This document shows, one piece after another, positions 11,515 through 20,600 of a stretch of DNA of 64,000 nucleotides. The first letter of the stretch is position 1. Each line of letters begins with the position of its first letter. This DNA comes from Macrostomum lignano. Its lineage: Eukaryota. The DNA is taken from contig NIVC01002830.1 of the NCBI GenBank assembly GCA_002269645.1, positions 1 through 64,000 of the forward strand, in the 5' to 3' direction. The notes under the pieces were generated by a model that was not told where the DNA came from, made no database searches, and was given only the letters and a program-made list of their open reading frames with translations. The translations under genes and the position numbers were made by a program.

Positions 11515-12528
11515 GGACTTGAGAATCCAACCGGAACGTACTGTGCCTTCAACGCTGCCTGTCAGTGCATCGCAGCAGCTGTTGGGTCGTTGCTCCCAGT
11601 TTTTCCAGAATCGCCTCCGGTTGTCTTTTTGCTGAACGCCATTTTGAGCCGAGACAAACAAGTGATTATCAAATTTCACACCGCTGCCTTTTTATGGTGT
11701 GCGAATCAAATGAAAATGGATCCTAAGCAACAAAATTGTGTGCTGGAGGTCCTAACTGGAATTATTTCACTTCGAGAAATTGAGGAGCTCTTTACATGCG
11801 AAGTAGGTTTCCCTGCTCTGTGAAGTTTATTTTTCCCTGCACTATATTTTATGCTCGTGCAATATTTTTCTGCGTTAAATCACAATTGAGTATTTTAATA
11901 CGTGCTTTGATACGCAGACACTAACACAAATAGCTAGCTCGGGATTATGTTATTTGCATTGCATATTATGTTTATGCCATGGTTCTATCTCTTTCAAAAC
12001 TCTACTTGTCAGACGTCATCGACGCGCGTGTGCTCATCGTGCGGATATGTTACACGACTGGACCACAATGAAATTATTACGATCCTGCGCCTGCAAATTA
12101 TCAGGGATGATGATATCGACTCTCCTCATCTGATTCGTGCGTCTCTGTTATCTTTGTCGAATTGATCGGATATTTTGTGTGAGAATTGTACGACCGGTCA
12201 GTGCAGTCACAATCAGACGCTGGAATCACTATCGAAGATTCTCTGTGTCGGAATTGGCCGGGTCAGTTACGATTCCAAACATGGCTCGCGCAAAATAACT
12301 TCGCCAATGCCTGTGGAGCTAAGTCTTCAGCTCAACGGCCGCTCGTACAACCTTCGCGCAGCCGTTGTTCATTTCGGTCGCTCAGCCGAAAATGGTCATT
12401 ACGCTGCCTACACATTTTATGATGGGTACAAATGCATCTTTATTAGCGATTCTAGCGTTCGCGCAGTTTCTTTGTCGTCCGCTTTTGCTGACATCAAGCA
12501 CAATTGCTGCGCTCTATTTTATGGGTAA
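11515..12528 (+). other. USP (peptidase C19) catalytic domain within MULE-1
   Basis: Cys box GLENPTGTYCAFNAACQCI (Cys 11542-11544), QQNCVLE (QQD box), two CxxC finger pairs (CSSC, CENC), LSKILCVGIGRV, His box YNLRAAVVHFGRSAENGHYAAY (His 12397-12399), FISDSSV and terminal ALFY. One in-frame TGA at 12163-12165. Confidence 0.85.
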
Positions 12529-12765
12529 CATTTACCGATCGCTTTGTCCGCTCGTTCTAATCATTTGCTTTCGTAGAAAGCTGTCACACAGTAGATAGTG
12601 TCTCATAACATCCTACGATATAAATTCGGATTTTACGCTCCCTTTTTTACTTTTTATGCACAATTTTGTCCCTCCACTTTCAATACTTAAAATATTTGTA
12701 ACGGTGTGAATAGATACCACAGTGCTTTATAGTGTTTTTAGAAGTGAAGATCAATAAAAGACAAC

Positions 12766-14434
12766 GACTACTCGCTGGAGTTCCGGCCAACCAGCCAGCA
12801 CGCCAACTGCGATTCGCTCTCCCGCCTGCCGCTGCCAAGGCAATTTGAGGAGGAGCCGGCCGTGAACGCTCTGCTGCTAAACGAGGAGACCGGATCCGCC
12901 ATAACGGCTAAGGCAGTGGCGCGGCACACCCGAACGGACGCCGTCCTCGGCCACGTGCTGCGCTGCCTGTAGGCCGGCGTGCCCATGACCGGCTCGGATC
13001 TCATCGACTTTGCCAGGCGTAGCAACGAGCTGAGTGTCGAGCAGGGCTGCATGCTGTGGGGCGCCCGCGTTGTGGTGCCAACGGCTCTGCGGCAAGGCGT
13101 GCTGGACGAGCTGCACCAGGCGCACCCCAGCATCAACCACATTCGAGCGCTGGCCCGCAGCTATGTCTGGTTGGCCAGGCCTTGACAAGCAACTCGAGAC
13201 GACTGTCAAGTCTTGCCGGACCTGCATGCTCAACCAAGCCAACCCTCCCAAGGCGCCAGTGCAGCCATGGCCGTTTCCGGCTGAACCATGGGCGAGGCTG
13301 CACCTGGACTTCGCAGGCCCTGTTGACGGCCGCACCTACCTGGTGATTGTGGACGCCTTTAGTAAGTGGCCGGAGGTTCTTCGGGTGCATAGCGTCACGT
13401 CTATGGCTACCATTGAGCGGCTCCGCGAGGTCTTCGCCAGACTGGGTATCCCCCGAGTACTGGTTTCCAACAACGGCACGCAGTTCACATCTGCGGAGTT
13501 CGCCAAATTCACTAGGCGCAACGGCATCCATCATGTCTTCTCTGCACCATTTCACCCGGCAACGAACGCGCAGGCGGAGAGATTTGTCCAAGTGCTTAAG
13601 CGGCACCTGGTCAAGAGCGGGCACTCAGCGGCCGCTCTGCAGCAAATGTTGATGACTTATCGCAACACGCCGCACTCCATCACCGATGCGGCCCCCAGCC
13701 AGCTGCTCATCGGAAGGAAATTGCGCAGTCGGTTGGACTTGCTGATGCCATCGCTGATGGACAGCATGCAACAACGCCATGAGCAGGAGGTGGAGCAGCA
13801 GCCGCAGGCACGTGATTTCCAAACCGGCAATAAGGTTCTGCTGCAAAACTTTAGTACTGGAGGCACTCGTTGGACTGAAGGTACCGTGCGATCTGCCGGC
13901 GCGCGCAACTGCACTGTTGAAGCTGATGGCACCATCCACCGACGGCACACCGATTAGCTGTTGACAAATTCGCTTCCCGATGCCGAGACTGTGTCATCAC
14001 CATAACTCTCAGATGCGACGACCCCGACAATTGCTGAGATGCCAGACAAAGTTGCTAGACCCATAGACAGCGAGATCATCAACCCTGCTGACAGCATCGG
14101 TGGCACAGTTGCAACAAACACCCAGGCCAGGCGTTACCCACAACGGCGCAGACAACCGCCGGATGGCCTTCAACTATGATTGGGGACTGTTACTTTGACC
14201 TGACTGAATTTCTTTGAACTTTAGGGGGGAGATGTCAGATGTTAGTGCGCAAGCACTAATCATCTAATGTTTATACTGTATATTCAAGTTTATTTTCTGT
14301 CTATGGTCTTAATCTTGAGGACAGCCGCCTACCAAATATATACTCTTATGCAAACGACGGACCACGGCCAGCAAGCGCTTAGACCGAAGCACCGTCATTC
14401 TACATCGCATAGTCTCATCGGCCATAACTCGACA
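12766..14434 (+). mobile_element. 5'-truncated Gypsy (K02A2.6-like) fragment: RNase H end, integrase, PPT, 3' LTR
   Basis: YSLEFRPTSQHANCDSLSRLPLP; LHQAHP..ARSYVW/WPGLD..CRTC; RLHLDFAGP; LVSNNG (D mutated); NAQAERFV. PPT AGGGGGGAGA at 14223-14232. LTR TGTC...GACA at 14233-14434. Stop and frameshift present. Confidence 0.9.
14233..14434 (+). repeat. ~200-bp 3' LTR of the truncated Gypsy
   Basis: Starts TGTCAG directly after a polypurine tract and ends CTCGACA, directly before the MULE-1 right arm. Confidence 0.75.
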
Positions 14435-14975
14435 AAGTGCAAACAAGAAAACAGGAGAATATCAAGTTTTTTTCGTTTTGAGTCCAGGTGATCAGATTGA
14501 GCAAGAGCAGACGTCACAGAGTGCCTAGAAATGATTAGATTCTCAAGTTGGAAGCCTAGAATGACCAAATATAGTGACAAGGGAAGCGACTATGGAGAGA
14601 GTAAGTGCAAACAAGAAAACAGGAGAATACCAAGTTTTTCGTTTTGAGTCCAGGTGATCAGATTGAGCAAGAGCAGACGTCACAGAATGCCTAGAAATGA
14701 TTAGATTCTCAAGTTGGAAGCCTAGAATGACCAAATATAGTGACAAGGGAAGCGACTATGGAAAGAGTAAGTGCAAACAAGAAAACAGGAGAATACCAAG
14801 TTTTTTCGTTTTGAGTCCTGGTGATCAGATTGAGCAAGAGCAGACGTCACAAAGTGCCTAGAAATGATTAGATTCTCAAGTTGGAAGCCTAGAATGACTA
14901 AATATGGTGACAAAGGAAGCGATTATGGAGAGAGTAAGTGTAAACAAGAAAACAGAAGATTACCAAGTGTTCCTT
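14435..14975. repeat. MULE-1 right arm: ~3.2 copies of the 167-bp unit, inverted relative to the left arm
   Basis: AAGTG(C/T)AAACAAG recurs at 14435, 14603, 14769 and 14936; the unit is the reverse complement of 7991-8157. Confidence 0.92.
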
Positions 14976-15556
14976 TTGAGTGTTACTTATTGAGTGACAA
15001 GATTTAGGAAAGAGTTGGATAATGTTGGATTAAAATTTGATTAAAGTTGGAAGAGGTTCTATTAAAGTTGGATTGTAGTTTGAATAAAGTTAGATAGGGT
15101 TGAATTTAATTTAGACTAGGTCTGTATGGCTATATACTTTAACAATAATATACCTTATAGAAGAAACATTATTGCTCTAGATGAATAGGCCTAGTAATTG
15201 AAGAGTAGAGTAGTAGTAGTAGTAAGGATTGGCTCAGGCAAATGGTGCCTGTTGTGCCAACATTAGAAAGTATATTTGGTTATTTTTTGTTTGAAGTTCA
15301 ATTTTAACATAACACATATATGAGATAATTCATATATTTTTAGAATTTGGAAATTAATTTGACTCAAAAAGTGCAAAAATCAAATTAAGCAAGGATAATA
15401 AATTCAAATTTACAAAGTAATAACATATTAAAAAGAAAGTATTTTGAAAGGTTGGTTAAAATATTAGATATTTACCATAGTATAGTTTTGATATATTGTA
15501 GTAAATAGTAAATGATTTGCAAAAATGGGAAGAAAACAAATTTAGGAGAATACTTT

Positions 15557-16603
15557 TGTAAGAGCCATTATTCCTTGCCTACTATACTTATACATTGCCT
15601 TATAAATACGACTATTTTTTAGATTCGATTGAAGAATTCTGTGCCTAATAAATATATGTTTTTAGTATTGTTAAGTAGTAAAATAGCATCAATAGTAGCT
15701 TTTAGCCTAATTCTGTATCTTTAATTAGTTTTAATATGTACGCCATTTTTACCTGTAATACTATAAAAGAGAGAGAGAAAAATAAACGAAGGAGAACTTG
15801 CGCTCGTTGGTTTCCTCCGCCTGCCAATTTTAGACTCCGGTCTTGGCCCCAGCGGTTGTAATTGTTCCAAAAATAGATCTGAATTGGTCTTAGTCATTTA
15901 AAGGCGCTCCGCCTTCCCTCTCCCACGGAGCTTCGTACAGCCAGAAGCGTACAGGCCTCCTTTCCCCACTCTCCCCAGGACGTGCAGTCCCACCCCAAGC
16001 CACTCCCCTTTCCTCCTCTTTCCCAGAGAATATACGTCCCGCCCCTCAATCCTCTCCCCTCTTTGTGGACATTCTGTCTGCACAGGTGTACAGCCTTATT
16101 CCCTCGGACTTACAGTCTGATCCTCCCCCAAGCATCCCCGCTCCCGACCCTTCTTCGTAGAAATTTCCCACATCCATTAGGCAGATTGCCTTCTTATCTA
16201 ATGCTGTCAGCATTCCCTATTAGTATTTAGAAGTTCCCCTTAGTGTGCTTTCCCAGGCAACTCTGATCCATCGCGAAGCCCTTAATTCCATCTCCCATCT
16301 ATATTTCCCGGACTGAGAATAGAAACTGTGTCTTGCCGCTCGGACACACCACGCCACCAGGAGCAACCTACGGCTTACTCCTGTTAGTAGCATAAATTGC
16401 GAAGTTCGCCCCGGATTCTAAGAAGACCCTGAAAATTCCAATAACCCTCGACCCCCCTTACAACAGATTTTGGTGTCAGAATAGGAAAAACTTCCCTCCC
16501 CCAAGAACCCTATAACAAATTTGATTGCAGCAGTAAGATTCTTAGACAAAAGGACCAGAACCCTACAACAGATTTGGTAGCAGCGTTGTTTACCCCTACA
16601 ACA
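15557..16603 (+). repeat. 5' LTR (1047 bp)
   Basis: TGTAAGAGCC...CCCTACAACA; matches 24075-25121 except for 6 substitutions found by eye. Confidence 0.97.
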
Positions 16604-16606
16604 ATT

Positions 16607-16619
16607 TGGTGGCAGCGGT
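16607..16619 (+). promoter_or_regulatory. Primer-binding site, complementary to the 3' end of tRNA-Leu
   Basis: TGGTGGCAGCGGT lies 3 nt after the LTR and is complementary to ACCGCUGCCACCA, the typical 3' end of metazoan tRNA-Leu(AAG/UAG). Confidence 0.8.
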
Positions 16620-16691
16620 AAAGGATTGGAATCTGGTGAAACGCGCACTCAAACCCCAGTATAATTTCCCATCCCCTATCCCCAAAATACA

Positions 16692-17681
16692 ATGGCCGCA
16701 GGAATCAATGAAGCCCTTGCGCTATTAGCTGAAGAGCTCCGCAACCGACTTGAATTAGGCCCCCTTAGACATGTGAAAATCCAGAAATACCTCCCCAGCC
16801 AAGATATCAGAGTCTGGCTTACCGCATTCGATCAGCGATGCGAGAACGAAGGAATAGATGAGGAAAACCGGAAGCAGGAACTGCTTACCAATCTAGACCT
16901 GAGTACTGCGTTTGCAGCAGTTCAACGCCTCAACCTCCCAGCTAATCTCCCCTATGAAGATTTCAAGGAAAGACTAATCGAAAGATTTGGAAAAGTAGGT
17001 AGCTCCGCCGAATTTCGCGAAGAGTTTAGGAATCGCTGCCAAGGCAGAAACGAATCCACTGACAGTTTTGCCGATGCTTTGATTGAATTAGCCTCCCGCG
17101 CATTCCTAAATATGGATGCTGAGCAAAGAGAGGAAGAACTTGTCGAGCAGTTCATTAAAGGCGTGAGAACCCCTCCCAACACCCGTGAGAAGCTGATCTT
17201 TGCCCAACCGGCTAGTCTCCAAGCCGCTCGCAGAATGCTGCGCAGAATTGAAGCTGCTTATCAGATGTCCCACAAAGGTGGAATCCGAGTGACTAAAGAT
17301 GAGAAAGAGGAGAATAAGGTCAGAACCGATCAATTGATCATTGACCAGCAGACTAAGATTGACCGCCAAGAAAGGCTTATTCAGAACCTGCAGAAGCAAC
17401 TGGCCGAAACAGCGCAATGCGCCCCGCCATCTCAGGTGTTCCCCCAGCAACAGTATAGGCAGCCACCTGCTCAGCAGTACAGGCAACCAAACCCTCAGCT
17501 GTACAGACAGCCTCCCCAGCAGCAGTACAGACCGCAACCTCAGCAGCAGTACAGGCCCCAGCTAATGAACCAGCCGCCAAGACGTGAACCCCCAAGAAGA
17601 AATGAACGTCAGCCCCCTAACCCAAGATATGAGCCGCTGAAGTTCCGCAACCCCCGTGACTCCCAGAAGTCGGGAAACTGA
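16692..17681 (+). CDS. gag: Gag (capsid-like region, coiled coil, Gln/Tyr/Pro/Arg-rich tail, no CCHC knuckle)
   Basis: Intact 329-aa ORF after the PBS, with retrotransposon gag-like motifs (WLTAFD..C, FRNRCQGRNESTDSFADALIELA, EQFIKG). Confidence 0.9.
   Translation: MAAGINEALALLAEELRNRLELGPLRHVKIQKYLPSQDIRVWLTAFDQRCENEGIDEENRKQELLTNLDLSTAFAAVQRLNLPANLPYEDFKERLIERFGKVGSSAEFREEFRNRCQGRNESTDSFADALIELASRAFLNMDAEQREEELVEQFIKGVRTPPNTREKLIFAQPASLQAARRMLRRIEAAYQMSHKGGIRVTKDEKEENKVRTDQLIIDQQTKIDRQERLIQNLQKQLAETAQCAPPSQVFPQQQYRQPPAQQYRQPNPQLYRQPPQQQYRPQPQQQYRPQLMNQPPRREPPRRNERQPPNPRYEPLKFRNPRDSQKSGN
17672..17678 (+). promoter_or_regulatory. -1 ribosomal frameshift slippery site G GGA AAC
   Basis: X XXY YYZ heptamer directly before the gag stop (TGA 17679-17681). 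The -1 frame is stop-free from 17672 and in phase with the pol ATG at 17837 (165 nt). Confidence 0.85.
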
Positions 17682-20600
17682 GAAGCCAGGGTCGAGTTAA
17701 GAGGCCACGCCCCTCAGGCCAAAATATTGCTTACTCTCCGGCCTCCTCATCATTCGAAATTGCCCCCCAACCAAAATACCGGCAACCTCCCCAGTACGGT
17801 TTCCGCTATCCCCGCAAAACCTCTCATGTACAGCCAATGCCTGTGAATAATGCGATATTTACCTCACCCAATAACTTCTCATTACTCGCTTGCGACGAAA
17901 TCGATGACGTCACGCCAATTGCCCCCCATGACCCCCATGTGTACAATGACCCCCATGCGACTACAGCTCATGCGACTGCTTCCCATGTAACCAATGCGAT
18001 TTCTGCTCATCACGCGTCCGCACCCCATGTACCCACTGCGCTTGCACCCCATGTATCCCATGCGATTGAAGCCAATAATGCCTTATCCAGTGCTGAAACC
18101 CGCTCAAAGAAGCGACGAAAGCCAAAACCCAATTCCCCATCCCGAATCGACCTGACTAAGCTAGAAGGCTATGAAGCTGTAATAGTCGGCGATATCCAGA
18201 AAGAATCGATTGATTTCTTGCTAGACACAGGCGCCAGAAATAATTTCCTGAGCCGCTCAACCTGGTCTAAGCTATTCCGTGCCGATCAAATCCGAGACAC
18301 TAGCAAAAGCATTAGTACATTTGACGGTACCCCAGTTCAATTAGAAGGAGAAATATCCGCCCAAGTGAAGTTTGGCGATATCCAAATCGAAGTTGATTTC
18401 CTCCTATGCCGACATGATTGTGACAATATTCTAGGTATGGAATTTTTCCTATCCCAATGTGAAAGCATTCAGCTAGCCAAAGGAATGCTAGTGCTTAATG
18501 AAGGTACCTGTATACCCATGCAGTATACCCGTCTACCCGTGAAAGTTTGTCGAGTCTATACTCAAGAAAGAGTAATCATCCCAGCTAATAGTGCCCTCCG
18601 AATACCCGTGAAATTAGCCAAGAATTGTGAATCAAATTACGGCACTCCCATGACCATTGAAACCATTGGCGATACTATCCGAACCCGTGATTTCTCATTA
18701 GAAATGGTTCCGACCCTAGTAACCATGAAAGAAGGCAAAGGAATTGTCGAGATTATTAACCGCCACCCAGTAGATGTGAATCTAACTAAGACTTCCCTAA
18801 TTGGCTTAGCCAGACCCATGAAGGCTAAAGATTTAACTTATTGGCAAACCCCAACTCCCAACCCCCAACCCTCTGCGAAAGTCAACCAGACTCAATGTAC
18901 TGAAGATTCTTGGATTAATGAAGTGAGCCTTGGCCCTGAATTATCGAATGAACAGCGTAAAGCAGTCATCGATCTTATGAAAGAAAACCGTGAAGCTTTT
19001 TCCCAGAATGAATTAGACATGGGCCTGACACACCTAGTAACCCACGAAATCTCTATTAAAGACCCCACCCCCGTTAGAATCCCAGCTAGACGCATCCCCC
19101 CACACTTGCAAAAGCAAGTTGATGCCCAGTTAGATGATATGTTAGCCAAAAACCTAATTAGACCCTGCTATTCAACCTACTCCACCCCCCTAGTAATTGT
19201 CCCCAAGAAAGATGGTTCTATTAGAATCGTGAGCAATTTCCGAGTGCTCAATTCAAGAGTTAATTATTACCCCTACCCCCTCCCTAATATTCAAGAGACC
19301 TTCTCCCACCTAACTGGTAGCCAATATTTTAGCAGCCTAGACTTAAACTCAGGATACTGGCAAGTCCCCATCAAAGAAGAAGATAAACATCGAACCGCAT
19401 TCTCCACCCTAACTAGAGGCCAATTTGAATATCAAGTAATGGCCCAAGGACTTTCCAATGCCCCCGGAACCTTCCAACGCCTAATGAATTTAGTACTATT
19501 AGGAATTCAACATAAGTTCGCCATGTCCTATATCGATGACATAATAGCCTACTCCCAAACTTTTGCCGAACATTTAGAGCACTTAAGAGAAGTGTTTAAG
19601 CGACTAATTGCCGCAGGTCTGAAGTTGAGACCCAAAAAGTGCAACCTTTTCCATCACGAGTTGAAATATCTAGGACACGTGATTGGCCGACAAGGCATTC
19701 AAACAGACAAGACGAAGATTGAAGCAATCCAAACTTGGCCCCGTCCCAAAGACGTAAAAGAATTACGCAGTTTTCTTGGCCTATGCAATTATTATTGCCG
19801 ATTTGTGAAAAATTATGCTGAAGTGGCTCACCCCCTATTCCAATTGACTCGAAAAGGAGTTCAGAATTTCCAATCTAAGTGGAGCAAAGTGCATGACGAA
19901 GCCTTTGAGTCCCTGAAGCAGCGAATGATGTCTACTGAAGTGTTAGCATACCCCGAATATGTCGAAGATGAAAATGTGAAAATGGTGCTCGACACAGATG
20001 CCAGTGACGACAGGATTGGCGCATGCCTTGGCCAAATCCAGAGTGATGGCATAGAGCGACCAATAGCCTATTTTAGTAGAGCAATGAAGGAATCAGAGAA
20101 GAGATACCCCATTACTCGGAAAGAATTGTTAGCCCTTGTCGACGCTATGAGGCATTTCAGATTTTATCTGATCGGCAAGAAATTCTTAGCCCGAACTGAT
20201 CATAAAGCGATAATTTGGCTCATGAAACAAACTGAAGCAACCGGAATCCTAGGTAGATGGATAGAGCGTCTGAATGAATTCAGGTTCGACATTGAACACA
20301 GAAGCGGCGCAAAACATTCCAATGCCGACGGATTGTCGAGAAGACCAGCTGAGATAGCTGAAGCCCCTGAAGTATCCTCTGAAGCAGCCCCTGAACTTGC
20401 TGAAATAGCACCTGAAGCAACCCCTGAAGTCCCTGACGCAGCCACTGAGCCTGCTGAAGCGATCATTGAAACCCCTGAAGCATTTGAAGAAAATTTTAAG
20501 AAAACTGAGCCAATCCCTGAGAAAGTTGAGAAGTTGACCCCTGTTCCCCTGAGAGATGAGAGTGCTCCCGCTGAAACTAAGGACAACCCCATGTCCCAGT

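Larger units (their letters stand above)
8765..12528 (+). pseudogene. Spliced MULE (Mutator-like) DDE transposase + SWIM finger + USP/C19 deubiquitinase fusion, with disablements
   Basis: Phase-consistent GT-AG introns at 8941-9074, 9201-9270, ~11279-11326 and 11803-12012. Motifs: DWRCDGYSW, HGNS..YIRTCPS, WYDTGFNL (D1, ~9699), VMDAE (D2, ~9894), CWNH, TQNQSESVN (E, ~10232), SWIM CSC-x5-CAH (10849-10882), then USP boxes. Single-base frameshifts at ~9290, ~9550, ~10455 and ~10965; stops at ~11368 and 12163. Confidence 0.85.
7989..14975 (+). mobile_element. MULE-1: foldback Mutator-like DNA transposon with 167-bp tandem-repeat inverted arms and a transposase-USP gene
   Basis: Left arm 7989-8223 is the reverse complement of the right-arm units 14435-14975, and they enclose a MULE transposase. 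Exact termini and TSD were not resolved. Confidence 0.8.

Noticed and set aside
12757-14434. GACA at both junctions of the Gypsy fragment as a TSD
   Set aside because: The right GACA is the LTR's own end and the left side is truncated inside pol; at most a microhomology.
15898-16230. ORFs duplicated at 24416-24748
   Set aside because: Inside the LTRs, with pyrimidine-rich low-complexity translation.
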